Origin: an uncultured Chthoniobacterales bacterium
Lineage (GTDB): Bacteria; Verrucomicrobiota; Verrucomicrobiia; Chthoniobacterales; JAATET01
Assembly (NCBI GenBank): GCA_964247025.1
Contig: CAXTSM010000001.1
Coordinates: forward strand, 92,050 to 156,049
DNA: 64,000 nucleotides
Direction: 5' to 3'
Shown: in pieces, positions 28,243 through 37,797 of the stretch
Numbering within the stretch: the stretch's first letter is position 1
Layout of the letters: every line of letters starts with the position of its first letter
Notes under the pieces: model-generated
What the model was told of the DNA's origin: nothing
Databases searched by the model: none
The model's input: only the letters and a program-made list of their open reading frames with translations
Position numbers and translations under genes: made by a program

Positions 28243-29835
28243 CGCGTCGACCAGCTTCGACGGCGCGCCGTCCCGCGAGCGCCAGCCGACCACGCCGTCG
28301 GGACGCACGAGGACCGCGCCGCCGGGATTCAGGCCGTAAAGCGCGAGAAATCGGCCTTCGGGATCCCCGTAGCCGTCTTCCCGGCCCACGCTGAAAATCT
28401 CCAGGTAGAAGCCGGCGAATCGGGTGGTGGCATCGGCGCCCGCGCGCCAGGGCGCGGCGTTTCCGGCGACGAGAAGGACGAAGCTGGCGCCGAAAAGATC
28501 GAGCGTGGAGAACGTGCGGGCCGGCCCCTCGAGGAGGACGTGCGGGGCGCGGCGACCGGGCGCGGCGTCGGGGAAGTAGGCGTCGTCGTCGCCGCGCGGG
28601 CCGGGCTCGCCCGCGTCGGGGATGAACGCGCCGCGTTCGTAGCTCCAGCCGAGATCGAGGCCGAGACCGGAGCCGCGCCGGCGGCTGCCCGCGACGAGCT
28701 CCCGGACGCGCGCAAAGTCCTCCGCGAGGCCGGCGGCGATGGTCTCGCCGATTTCGGATCCGAAGCTTGCGGAGCGTTCGAAGGTGCGCATGACCTGGGT
28801 GCGGCGTTCGGCGTCGTAGCTGTCGAGCAGCGCGGCGGGGGCCCCGCGCAGGACGGCGGAGAGTTTCCACGCGAGGTTGTGGGCGGATTGCAGGCCGGTG
28901 TTCATCCCGAGGCCGCCGGAGGGCGAGAGCCGGGCGGCGGCATCGCCGGTGAGAAAGGCGCGGCCCTCGCGAAACCGGACGGCGACCTTCGGACTCATGA
29001 CCCAGGGACTGACGCCGAGCACGTCGACGGGCACGGCGGGCAGCCCGGCGGCGAGCTTCACGATTTCGGCCAGGACCGCCGGCGGGAAGTCGGCGGGCGT
29101 TTCGCCGGGCCGCAAAAAATGATGCATGAGCCAGAGGTCGTCGCCGTTCACCGCGACGAACAACTCGAAGAAATCCTTTCGCAGGACGTGGGTGAGCACG
29201 GCGGCGCGGTCCTTCAAATACGCGGCGTAGGGCGCACGGAAAAAGACGTTCAGGAAGGACCCGAGATCGCCGGGGCCGACGGCGTCGATGCCGAGCGCGC
29301 GCCGGGCGGGGCTGCCCGCGCCATCCGCGGCAACGACGTATTCGCACGAGAGATCGAGCTCTTTCTCGAGGCCGGCGCGGCGGGTCAGGACGCTCACGGC
29401 GTTGCCGACGTCGACGAGACCGGTGACCTCGTGATCGAAAAAAATGCTCGCGTCGACCTCCTGCTCGAGCGCGCCGAGGAGGACGGATTCCGTGAGCGTC
29501 TGCGGGCAATGGATGCCGGGATAGGGGACCAGCGCGGGGTCGTCGTCGGCGCGGGGGATGACCCCGTAGACCTCGCCGGTGAAAGATTCCATCCACGCGC
29601 CGACGGGCTGCCCGGCCGCGCGTCGGTCCTCGGCGCGCATCGCTTCGCGGAGGCCGAGTTGCTGGAAGATCTCCGCGCTGCGACGGCTGATGGCCATGGC
29701 CCTCGGGTGGAGCAGCGGCTCGGCGCGGCGCTCGAAGAGGGCGCAGCGCACGCCCTGCCGCGCCAGCAACAATGCGGTGAGCAGGCCGCAGGGGCCGGCT
29801 CCGACGATGCCGACCTCGTAGTCGGCCGCGTTCAT
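28216..29835 (-). CDS. FAD-dependent aromatic-ring monooxygenase family protein
   Basis: Start at MNAADYEVGIVGAGPCGLL (GxGxxG). 'GDAAARLSPSGGLGMNTGLQSAHNLAWKL' is an FAD fingerprint. The 5' extension in the ORF track is Arg-rich junk. Confidence 0.85.
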   Translation of the reverse strand: MNAADYEVGIVGAGPCGLLTALLLARQGVRCALFERRAEPLLHPRAMAISRRSAEIFQQLGLREAMRAEDRRAAGQPVGAWMESFTGEVYGVIPRADDDPALVPYPGIHCPQTLTESVLLGALEQEVDASIFFDHEVTGLVDVGNAVSVLTRRAGLEKELDLSCEYVVAADGAGSPARRALGIDAVGPGDLGSFLNVFFRAPYAAYLKDRAAVLTHVLRKDFFELFVAVNGDDLWLMHHFLRPGETPADFPPAVLAEIVKLAAGLPAVPVDVLGVSPWVMSPKVAVRFREGRAFLTGDAAARLSPSGGLGMNTGLQSAHNLAWKLSAVLRGAPAALLDSYDAERRTQVMRTFERSASFGSEIGETIAAGLAEDFARVRELVAGSRRRGSGLGLDLGWSYERGAFIPDAGEPGPRGDDDAYFPDAAPGRRAPHVLLEGPARTFSTLDLFGASFVLLVAGNAAPWRAGADATTRFAGFYLEIFSVGREDGYGDPEGRFLALYGLNPGGAVLVRPDGVVGWRSRDGAPSKLVDALTRILAGG

Positions 29836-30068
29836 TGCAGGTCGTCGTGGGTGACGGTGGTCTGCGCGCGGGCGGCGAGGGATTTCGCCTGCGCGATCAC
29901 GGCCGCGGCTTCTTCGTCGAAGCGGTAGCCGTTGCAGTTCGGGCAGAGGGCGACGCGCCGCGCGACGATCGAGTCGCAGCTTTCGCACACCTTGAAATTC
30001 CCGGGCTGCGCGATGATTTTCGCGGCCTTTTCGGAACGGTCGGTGAGGTGGGGATCCTCCATGGGCAT
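29832..30068 (-). CDS. Small zinc-ribbon protein
   Basis: 'CESCDS...CPNCNG' forms two CxxC pairs. 78 aa. Its stop overlaps the monooxygenase start (ATGA). Confidence 0.55.
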   Translation of the reverse strand: MPMEDPHLTDRSEKAAKIIAQPGNFKVCESCDSIVARRVALCPNCNGYRFDEEAAAVIAQAKSLAARAQTTVTHDDLQ

Positions 30069-30112
30069 CGGGGTTGGAACCTCGGTCCGGACCGGGGGGA
30101 ACGCAAGTGCGA

Positions 30113-30901
30113 TCAGGCGTCGACGTGAGCCGACACGCCGACGGTGATCCGGCTCAGCTGCAGGGGGCCGAACTGCGTGAGCAGGGCGACGTCGGCGGCG
30201 TCGCGGCCGTAGGCGATGGCGATGCGGTTGCCCTTCGGACCGGACTGCGTGGCGTCGAACGTGAACCAGCGCGTGCCGACGTAGGCCTCGAACCAGGCGT
30301 GAAGATCCATGGGATCGAGTTCGTGGAGGAAACCGCAGACGAAGCGGGCGGGAATGTTCAGCGAACGAGTGAGCGCGATGCCGAGGTGGGCCATGTCGCG
30401 ACAGACGCCCTGGCGCGAGTCGGCGGTCTCGACGGCGGAGGTCGAGGCGTTGCTCGTGCCGTATTGATAGGTGACGTTTTCATGGATCCAGCGCGTGATC
30501 GCCTCGATCTGCGGGTAGCCGGGCGCGAGGTTGCCGACGATGGAGTGGGCGAGACGGGAAAGCTGGTCGGACTGGCAGTAGCGGCTGGGGAGAAGAAACT
30601 TGAGGATGGCGTCGGGCACGTATTCGACCGGCACGAAGTCGGCGCCGGGATCGACGTCGATCCGGTCGGAGGTGTCGACGACGCAGCTTGCGCGCAGGTT
30701 GAGCGGACCGGCGGGAAGCATCGCCCGCTGGCAGAGATTACCGTAATCGTCGGTGTATTCGGCCATGGGGAGGTGGGGCTCGATGACGTATTCCTCCCGC
30801 ATGACCCACTGGCCCCAGCCGCTGCGGGGGCGAAGCATGAAGATGGCGGGCGTGGGCGCGGAGGCCATGAGTTCAAGGTGGCAGTGGGCTTCGAGGATCA
30901 T
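30113..30901 (-). CDS. Transglutaminase-like cysteine peptidase family protein
   Basis: 'GVCRDMAHLGIALTRSLNIPARFVCGF' contains the transglutaminase-core Cys. 262 aa. Confidence 0.8.
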   Translation of the reverse strand: MILEAHCHLELMASAPTPAIFMLRPRSGWGQWVMREEYVIEPHLPMAEYTDDYGNLCQRAMLPAGPLNLRASCVVDTSDRIDVDPGADFVPVEYVPDAILKFLLPSRYCQSDQLSRLAHSIVGNLAPGYPQIEAITRWIHENVTYQYGTSNASTSAVETADSRQGVCRDMAHLGIALTRSLNIPARFVCGFLHELDPMDLHAWFEAYVGTRWFTFDATQSGPKGNRIAIAYGRDAADVALLTQFGPLQLSRITVGVSAHVDA

Positions 30902-30988
30902 GGATCGAACGGCGGAAAATACGCCAGGCGGCGACGATTGTAACGCGCGTTTCGGCGGGGGATCGCGGTCCGCCGAGAGAGCGGCGCC

Positions 30989-32557
30989 TCAGGGGGTCGG
31001 GGAGGCGGCTGCGTCGAACGGGTTCGAGATCGCCGGGGTCCCCGCCGGCGGAGCGGGTGAAGCCGGGGGCTCCGGCTCCGGCGCGGGGGTTCCGGCCGGC
31101 GCGGGAGGGGGCGGCTCGATTGGGGCGGGAGCGGGGGTTGCGGCGGGCGCGGCGAACGCGAGCTGGATCACGCCATCGGCGGGTTTTCGCACCGCGAAGT
31201 GGCCGGTGATTTTACCGGCGGTAAAAATCGTCTGGAGCCGGGGGCCGAGATTTTTCCAAAGCTGGGCCGCGAGGGATGGCGGGCAGTCGAGCGCGCCGAT
31301 GCGCACGCCGGCCATGACGGGAGCGGCCTGGTCTTCGAGCCCGAGGTCGTAGCGCACGATCCAGGTGAGGCCGAGGCAGCGGACCAGCTCGAAGATCATC
31401 AGGCGGCCGGGCAGTGACCGCGCGGCGATCGCCTGGCGCGTGGCGGACCAGGGATCGAAGGCGTCCGGCCGGGCCAGGCGCACGTGCCGGGAGAGAAAGG
31501 AATTCAGGGCGGCGTCGGAGATCGAGCGGGTCGCCGGGGGATCGGGGGTGATCCCGGCGGCGTCCGCCAGGGCGGAAATGACCGCGGGGCTTTCATCGGT
31601 CGCGACCGAACCGGGCAGGAAATCCGGCGTGCGCGTGGCCAGAAAAAAAAGCGCGGCGAGCGCCAGCGGCGAGGCGGCGACCAGCATCGCGCCCGCGAGC
31701 CGCCACCTGCCGCGATGGCGCATGAAGACAACGAGGGCGACGCCCACCAGGAAGACGGCGGCGGCGGCGGCGAGGAGCTCGAGGACGAGGCCGCGCACGA
31801 CGGAGGCCGACAGGACTTCGGCGGGCAATTCGTGGTCGAGACCGCGCCGGAAGGCGGCTTCGCGCTCCGCCTCGACTCGTTGCGCGAGCTCCTCCCGCGT
31901 GACCCAGCCGCCGTTTTCGTAGCGGCTTCCCGCCTTCAACTTCAGGAGGTGATCGCGAAACGGAGCGGCCCATCGATCGATCCGATCAGCGGTTTCGGGC
32001 CTCGCGGAGCGGACCTCGTCGGCGGGAGAAAGGATCGCCTCGAGCGCGGCTTCGTCGTAGCCGGCCTCGGGGCGGTAGACGGCGGAGGTGGCGGCGGCAA
32101 GCCGGTCGGCGGCGGCTTTCTCAAGCGCGAGGCGCTCGTTTGCGCGGGCCTCGACGATGCCGCGGAAGCGGGCGGCCTCGTCGGTGAGGAGCTTGCGCAT
32201 GGCGGGCAGGCGCAGCGCGTAGGTCTCGTAGGCGGTCGCGAGGGCGGCGAGGTCGACCTTGCCGCCGGCGATTTCCTCGTCGGAGAACCAGGGCACGTGA
32301 CCGGCGACCGTGCTCATCTGCACCACCGCGCGGCCGCCGGCGTCGTCCACGAGCACGAGCACGGCACCCTGGCGTTGAAACGATACGGCCCGGATGGCGG
32401 TGAAGCGGTCGGGCGTGCGAACGAAAAAAAGCGTTTTGACGGATGAGACGGCGGCCGCCGGAGCGGGCGCGGTCTGCGCGGGCAGGGAGGAGGAAAGCGC
32501 GGCGAGGCCGAGGACTCCGGCCAGGCAGGCGAGAATCGGGAGAGCGAAGAGACGCAT
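30989..32557 (-). CDS. Hypothetical exported/membrane protein with a Pro/Ala-rich C-terminus
   Basis: Start placed at MRLFALPILACLAGVLGLAALSS (signal peptide). It has an internal TM pair and a tail 'PPPPAPAGTPAPEPEPPASPAPPAGTP'. The upstream part of ORF 30989..33016 is junk. Confidence 0.6.
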   Translation of the reverse strand: MRLFALPILACLAGVLGLAALSSSLPAQTAPAPAAAVSSVKTLFFVRTPDRFTAIRAVSFQRQGAVLVLVDDAGGRAVVQMSTVAGHVPWFSDEEIAGGKVDLAALATAYETYALRLPAMRKLLTDEAARFRGIVEARANERLALEKAAADRLAAATSAVYRPEAGYDEAALEAILSPADEVRSARPETADRIDRWAAPFRDHLLKLKAGSRYENGGWVTREELAQRVEAEREAAFRRGLDHELPAEVLSASVVRGLVLELLAAAAAVFLVGVALVVFMRHRGRWRLAGAMLVAASPLALAALFFLATRTPDFLPGSVATDESPAVISALADAAGITPDPPATRSISDAALNSFLSRHVRLARPDAFDPWSATRQAIAARSLPGRLMIFELVRCLGLTWIVRYDLGLEDQAAPVMAGVRIGALDCPPSLAAQLWKNLGPRLQTIFTAGKITGHFAVRKPADGVIQLAFAAPAATPAPAPIEPPPPAPAGTPAPEPEPPASPAPPAGTPAISNPFDAAASPTP

Positions 32558-32659
32558 GGATGCAGGATGAACCCCGCGAGCCAATCCGAGTTTCCCAGGT
32601 CGGGCAAGTCCGGCGAAATCGAGCCGGCGGGCGCGGCGGGTTTGTGGCATGGTCGGCGC

Positions 32660-33067
32660 GTGAACCTGGAGGAAAAGCAGGCGGCGTGGCGCGAGAGATA
32701 CGCGGTGATCCCGGATCCGCAGGAGCGGCTTGCCGCCATCGTGAGCCGCCGGCCGCGCGTGGCCCCGGTGGACGAGGTCGACCGGACCGACGCGAATCTG
32801 GTGCCCGGCTGCCTCTCGCGCGTGTGGCTGGTCGGCGGCGCGATCGACGGCCGGCTCTGGCTGCGGGTGAGCGCGGAGGCGACGGTCGTGGCGGCGCTCG
32901 CGGCGTTCCTGGCGGAGTTCTCCGACGGGGAGGCGGCGAAGGAGGCCGCGGCGTTCGAACCGTCGCTGCTCGACGATCTCGGCGTGGGCCGGCTGCTCAC
33001 GCCGACGCGCCGGCACGGCCTGGAAAAAGTCGCCGCGCGCATTCGTGCGCTGGCGGGGAAATCATGA
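32660..33067 (+). CDS. SufE-like sulfur-acceptor protein
   Basis: 'VPGCLSRVWLV' is the SufE active-site Cys motif. The start is uncertain (GTG 32660 preferred; ATG 32567 possible). Confidence 0.7.
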   Translation: MNLEEKQAAWRERYAVIPDPQERLAAIVSRRPRVAPVDEVDRTDANLVPGCLSRVWLVGGAIDGRLWLRVSAEATVVAALAAFLAEFSDGEAAKEAAAFEPSLLDDLGVGRLLTPTRRHGLEKVAARIRALAGKS

Positions 33068-33843
33068 GGCTCTTCGACGCGCACAATCATCTCCAAGCCG
33101 GCGAACTTGCGCCGCATCTCGGCGCCATCCTCGCGGGCCGATGCGCGGCGGGGATGGTCGTGAACGGGACGAGCGAGGCGGACTGGCCGGCGGTCGCGCG
33201 GCTGGCGGGCGAGCACGATTGGATCCGGCCGAGCTACGGGGTGCATCCGTGGGAGGTCGCGGGCGTGACGAGCGGCTGGCGCGAGCGGCTGGGCGGATTT
33301 CTGGATGCGGGGGGATGCGTCGGCGAGATCGGACTCGACCGCGGAAAGACCGACGCGAATTTTGGCCGGCAACGGGAAATCTTCCGCTGGCAATGGCGCG
33401 AGGCGGCGCGGCGCGGCGTGCCGGTCACGGTGCATTGCGGGCATGCCTGGGGCGCGCTGGCGGAGGAATTGGCGGAATTGCCGGCGGCGGCATTTTTACT
33501 GCACGCGTATGGCGGCCCGGTGGAAATGGTGGCGGGATTCGTGGAGCGCGGCGCGTATTTTTCGTTTTCCGGATCGTTTCTCGGGGATCGGGCCCGAAAG
33601 AAGCGGGCGCCGTTCGAGGCGATGCCGACCGGGCGATTGCTGGTCGAAACGGACGCGCCGTCGCGGGCGCTGCCGCCGGAGCTCGCGCGGGAGACGCTGC
33701 CGGACGCGCCGGACGGGCGGCGCGTGAATCATCCCGGCAATCTCGTCGTCGCCTACGAGGGACTCGCGGATCTGCGGGGCTGGCCGCTCGCGGAACTCGC
33801 GGAAATGGTGGCGGAGAATTACGCGCGCCTGTTCGGCGCCTGA
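33064..33843 (+). CDS. TatD-family metal-dependent hydrolase
   Basis: 'MRLFDAHNHL', 'GEIGLD', 'VTVHC' and 'ETDAP' motifs. ATGA overlap with the SufE-like gene. Confidence 0.85.
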   Translation: MRLFDAHNHLQAGELAPHLGAILAGRCAAGMVVNGTSEADWPAVARLAGEHDWIRPSYGVHPWEVAGVTSGWRERLGGFLDAGGCVGEIGLDRGKTDANFGRQREIFRWQWREAARRGVPVTVHCGHAWGALAEELAELPAAAFLLHAYGGPVEMVAGFVERGAYFSFSGSFLGDRARKKRAPFEAMPTGRLLVETDAPSRALPPELARETLPDAPDGRRVNHPGNLVVAYEGLADLRGWPLAELAEMVAENYARLFGA

Positions 33844-34619
33844 CCCGCGATGCGGCGGACGACTTCGCCGGCCGCGAGGAAGCCGAAGGCGCCGGTGACG
33901 AAGCAGGCCGCGCCGAAGCCGGTGGCGCAGTCCATTTTCAGATCGGCGCCGGGCTCGGGGTCCGGGCGAACGGTGCCGTCGCTCCACGGGTGCGCCGGAG
34001 GCTCGGAGGAAATGATCGTCGGGACGTCGTAGAAGTTCCCGTTGCCGCCGGCCCATCCGTGGTCGCGCCGCAGTTTTCGCCGCACCTGGCGGATGAGCTC
34101 GTCGCCGCCGGCCCGGGCGAGATCCACGCAACGGATGCGGGTGGCGTCGGAGCGTCCGCCGGCGCTGCCGACCGTGAGCGCGGGCGAACCGCGCTCGCGG
34201 GCGCGGGCGAGGATGGCGGCCTTCACGGACATGCGGTCCGTGGCGTCGATCACGAAGTCGAAGCGGTCGCCGAGCAGGCGCGGAGCGTTCGAACCGGTGA
34301 GGAACTCGCGGATCTCCCGCACGGCGCAGGCGGGATGGATCCCGGCGATGCGCGCGGCGAGCACGGCGACCTTCGGCTGGCCGACCGTGGCGGTGAGGGC
34401 GGGCAGCTGGCGGTTGACGTTCGTGACGCAGACGTCGTCCATGTCGATCAAGGTGAGCGCGCCGATCCCGGAGCGGGCGAGGGCTTCGACGGCCCAGGAG
34501 CCGACGCCGCCGACGCCGACCACGGCCACGTGCGCGGCGCCCAGCCGCTCGAGGGCGGAGGCGCCGAGCAGGCGGCCGAGGCTGGAAAAACGGGGGTCGG
34601 AGGCGACCGGGGGGCTCAC
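33819..34619 (-). CDS. tcdA: tRNA threonylcarbamoyladenosine dehydratase (ThiF/E1-like)
   Basis: 'HVAVVGVGGVGSWAVEALARSGIGALTLIDMDDVCVTNVNRQ'. 266 aa. Confidence 0.82.
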   Translation of the reverse strand: MSPPVASDPRFSSLGRLLGASALERLGAAHVAVVGVGGVGSWAVEALARSGIGALTLIDMDDVCVTNVNRQLPALTATVGQPKVAVLAARIAGIHPACAVREIREFLTGSNAPRLLGDRFDFVIDATDRMSVKAAILARARERGSPALTVGSAGGRSDATRIRCVDLARAGGDELIRQVRRKLRRDHGWAGGNGNFYDVPTIISSEPPAHPWSDGTVRPDPEPGADLKMDCATGFGAACFVTGAFGFLAAGEVVRRIAGQAPNRRA

Positions 34620-34623
34620 GGGA

Positions 34624-37302
34624 TCAGGCGGCGACGGATTCGGAGGCGGCGTCGCGGCGGGTGCGCGCGGCGAAGTCGATGGCTTCCCAGACGCTGAGGT
34701 CGCGGCCTTCGTTCCATTCGCGGAGGCGCCGGGAGGCGTCGAGATTTTCGTCGAGCCGCTGCATCGTCGCGTCCCATTCGGGGCGATCCACGGCGTCGAG
34801 CATGATGCCGAGGGCTTCGCGGCCGGCCTCGGCGGCGCCGAGCACCCGCGCGGCGGCGGCGAACTCGCCTTCGGAGACCAGGACGTTGCCGTAGATGTGA
34901 AGCAGGTAGGGCGTGACCCAGCGGTTGCCGAGCCGGCGGGCGATGGCGGTCCATTCCTCGAGGGCGTCGCGGGCGGCGGGTGAGTCGCCGCCCGCGACGC
35001 AGGCGGTGGCGATGCCCCATAAAAGGTAGCCGGTGACCCATTGGTCGCCGGTGGCGCGATAGATCGCGAGGCTCTCCTCGCGCAGGCGGCGGGCTTCGGC
35101 CATGTCGCCCCGCGCGGCGGCGGCGCTGCCGAGACCGCTCAGGCCGACGGCGGTGAGCGTGACGTCGTTCATTTCGCGGCCCGCGGCGAGGCAGCGGTGA
35201 AAGCGCTCCTCGATCCCGTCGGTGAGGCCGAGGTTGCGCTCGACGAAGCCCATGAAGGCGGATTGCAGGACAAAATCGCGCTCGCGGCCGAACTTCTCGA
35301 GCAGCGTCACGCCCTCGCGGTAAAAACGGAGGGCGTCGCCGGAGTTGTCCCGGCACCAGGCGATCCGGCCGGCGCCGACGAGGGCGTAGGCGCGGGCGAG
35401 CGTGGGCTCCTCCGCGCCGGGGGCGTTCATCAGATCGTCGAAGATGGTGCGGTTCTCCTCGAGGTTCCCGCGGATTTCCCCGAAGCGGGTGAGCGAGCCG
35501 GCGATACGCAGGCCTTTTTGCGCGCGCTCGGGCGAAGTGGCCGCCCACTCGATCGCGAGGCGGATGTTGAATTGATCGGCGCTGATGCGGTCGAGCCAGA
35601 CGGTCATCTGGTGGCCGTCGAGGTGGGGGCGGGCCCGCTCGGCGAGGATGACGAAGTAGTCGAGATGGCGGTCGCGGAGCCGGTCGAACTCGCCGGAGGC
35701 CGAGAGTCGCTCGCGGGCGTATTGCCAGACGGACTCGATCATCGTGTAGCGGGTCTCGTCGTTCGCGTCCGACTCGACGGAGAGGAGGGATTTTTCCACG
35801 AGGAGCTGGAGGAGGTCGAGCGCGTCGTAGGCGTCCACGCCGTCGCCGGCGCAGACCGCTTCCACGGCCTCGAGCGAGCGCCCGCCGCCGAAGACGCTGA
35901 GGCGGAGGAAGAGCACGCGCTCGCTTTCGGAAAGGAGGTCGTAGCTCCAGTCGATGAGGGTGCGGAGCGTCTGCTGGTGCGGAAGGACGGAGCGTCCGCC
36001 GCCGGTGAGCAGGCGGAAGCGGTCGTCGAGCCGCCGGGCGATCTGCTCGGGGGTGAGGACGCGGGCGCGGGCGGCGGCGAGCTCGATGGCGAGCGGGATG
36101 CCGTCGAGCCGCCAGCAGATCTGGGCGATGGCGGCGGCGTTTTCGCGGGTGAGCGCGAAACCGGGCTTGACGGCGGCGGCGCGGTCGATGAAGAGGCGCA
36201 CGGCCTCGTATTGGGAGACGCGGGCGACGACGTCGACGACCTGGAAGAGGTCGCGGACGGGATCGAGCACGGAGAGCGGGGGCACGGGCCAGACGCGCTC
36301 GCCGGCGATGCCGAGGGCGGCCCGGCTGGTGGCGAGGATTTTGATCGTGCCGCAGTTTCGCATGATCTCGGCGGCGAGCTCGGCGCAGGCGGCGAGCAGG
36401 TGCTCGCAGTTGTCGATGATGAGAAGGATGCGGCGGCCGGAGAGAAAACGGATGAGGGTGGCGCGCAGGGATTCGCCGGGCTCCTCGCGCAGGCCGACGG
36501 CGCCGGCCGCGATCTCGACGACGAGGTCGGGATCGGTGACGGTCGCCAGCTCCACGAACCAGACGCCGTCGGAGAAATCGCCGAGCGACTCTTCGGCGAC
36601 CTGCAGGGTGAGGCGGGTTTTTCCCGTGCCGCCCGTGCCGGTGAGCGTGAGCAGGCGGGTGTCGGCGAGCAGGCGCTTCACCTGGTCGCGCTCGCGTTCG
36701 CGGCCGACGAAGGTGTTCAGTAGCGTGGGCAGGTTGTTCGGCGTGATCTCGAGCGAGCGCAGCGGGGGAAATTCCGACGGCAGGCCGGAGAGGACGAGCT
36801 GAAACAAATGCTCGGGGCGCGTCACGTCGCGCAGGCGCCGCTCGCCGAGATCGCGAAGCAGGATGCCGGGCGCGAGCTGGTCGCGCACGAGCTCTTCGAC
36901 GGGCAGCGAGAGCAGGACCTGCCCGCCGTGGGCGGCGGCGAGGATGCGGGCGACGCGGTTGAGGCTGTTGCCGAAATAGTCGTCGTCGCGAAATTCCGCC
37001 GCGCCGGCGTGGATCGACATGCGGACCTTGAGCGGCCCGGTCTCCGGCCATTCCTCCTCGTGCAGGAGGTTCTGGGCCAGGGCGGCGGCGGAGACCGCGT
37101 CGCCGGCGACATCGAAGGCCACGCAGAACGCGTCTCCGATGGTCTTGAAAATATGGCCGGAATGCGCGGCGGCGGCTTCGCGCATGATGTCGTCGTGCCG
37201 GCGCAGGGCCACGCGCATCGCCTCGGGATAACGCTCCCAGAGGCGCGTGCTCCCCTCGATGTCGCTGAAGAGGAAGGTGATGGTTCCCGTGGGCACGGCC
37301 AT
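34624..37302 (-). CDS. Class III adenylate/guanylate cyclase - STAND (AAA/NB-ARC-like) ATPase - TPR protein
   Basis: N-terminal 'ITFLFSDIEGSTRLWE...KTIGDAFCVAF' cyclase domain, P-loop 'LTGTGGTGKTRL', 'LLIIDNCEH', then TPR-like helices to the C-terminus. No terminal HTH was seen. Confidence 0.85.
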   Translation of the reverse strand: MAVPTGTITFLFSDIEGSTRLWERYPEAMRVALRRHDDIMREAAAAHSGHIFKTIGDAFCVAFDVAGDAVSAAALAQNLLHEEEWPETGPLKVRMSIHAGAAEFRDDDYFGNSLNRVARILAAAHGGQVLLSLPVEELVRDQLAPGILLRDLGERRLRDVTRPEHLFQLVLSGLPSEFPPLRSLEITPNNLPTLLNTFVGRERERDQVKRLLADTRLLTLTGTGGTGKTRLTLQVAEESLGDFSDGVWFVELATVTDPDLVVEIAAGAVGLREEPGESLRATLIRFLSGRRILLIIDNCEHLLAACAELAAEIMRNCGTIKILATSRAALGIAGERVWPVPPLSVLDPVRDLFQVVDVVARVSQYEAVRLFIDRAAAVKPGFALTRENAAAIAQICWRLDGIPLAIELAAARARVLTPEQIARRLDDRFRLLTGGGRSVLPHQQTLRTLIDWSYDLLSESERVLFLRLSVFGGGRSLEAVEAVCAGDGVDAYDALDLLQLLVEKSLLSVESDANDETRYTMIESVWQYARERLSASGEFDRLRDRHLDYFVILAERARPHLDGHQMTVWLDRISADQFNIRLAIEWAATSPERAQKGLRIAGSLTRFGEIRGNLEENRTIFDDLMNAPGAEEPTLARAYALVGAGRIAWCRDNSGDALRFYREGVTLLEKFGRERDFVLQSAFMGFVERNLGLTDGIEERFHRCLAAGREMNDVTLTAVGLSGLGSAAAARGDMAEARRLREESLAIYRATGDQWVTGYLLWGIATACVAGGDSPAARDALEEWTAIARRLGNRWVTPYLLHIYGNVLVSEGEFAAAARVLGAAEAGREALGIMLDAVDRPEWDATMQRLDENLDASRRLREWNEGRDLSVWEAIDFAARTRRDAASESVAA

Positions 37303-37375
37303 GATTTCCGGCCAGCCTACCGTCGCTCGCGCCTCGCGCCAAATGGAATGCGCGTCATGCGGCCGCGAGATGGAA

Positions 37376-37723
37376 TCATTCGCGGAAGGTGGCGCGCACG
37401 GCGGGTCGCGTGAGCAGGATCAGCGCGCAGATTCCCAGGACGGTGCCGACGGGGAAAAAAAGAATCGTGACCGCCGAGAAGAGCCGGGTGCGTTTCCAAT
37501 TTCTCCGCTGCCAGATGGATCGTGCGATGGTCGCGTAGATGCCCGCGAAGGCGAGGCCGCCCGTGGTGATGAGGGAGTCGGCGAGCAGGTGCTTGTTGTC
37601 GATGGGCAGGGTGCCGCGCTGCGCGTCGAGCATGGCGGCGGCCACGAAGGCGAGCACCGCGGCGACGGCGAGGACGGCGGCGGTGGCGAAGAGGGCGGCA
37701 AGGATGGGAACGGCGCGTTGCAT
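37376..37723 (-). CDS. Hypothetical membrane protein (3-4 TM)
   Basis: 115 aa with hydrophobic segments 'VPILAALFATAAVLAVAAVLAFVAAA' and 'LFSAVTILFFPVGTVLGICALILL'. Confidence 0.55.
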   Translation of the reverse strand: MQRAVPILAALFATAAVLAVAAVLAFVAAAMLDAQRGTLPIDNKHLLADSLITTGGLAFAGIYATIARSIWQRRNWKRTRLFSAVTILFFPVGTVLGICALILLTRPAVRATFRE

Positions 37724-37764
37724 CGGGCGGCGTCCGGTTTCGCACGGCAGGACGGCGGAATCAA

Positions 37765-37797
37765 GGCGGCGTCAGGGCGGCGTCAGGGCGGCGTCAG
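37765..37797. repeat. 11-bp tandem repeat x3 (GGCGGCGTCAG)
   Basis: Read directly. It spans the stop codon region of ORF 37783..38049. Confidence 0.85.

Noticed and set aside
26329-29596. Long ORFs 26329..28158 (-), 26892..28394 (+), 27953..29596 (-) and 28540..29928 (+).
   Set aside because: They are Arg-rich alternate frames of the Na/Pi cotransporter and monooxygenase genes.
35041-36802. ORFs 35041..36723 (+), 35954..36802 (+) and 34616..37342 (-), which shadow or overlap the cyclase-STAND gene in other frames.
   Set aside because: They lack motifs and have a biased Arg/Gly/Glu composition. The 34624..37302 frame has cyclase, P-loop and TPR signatures.
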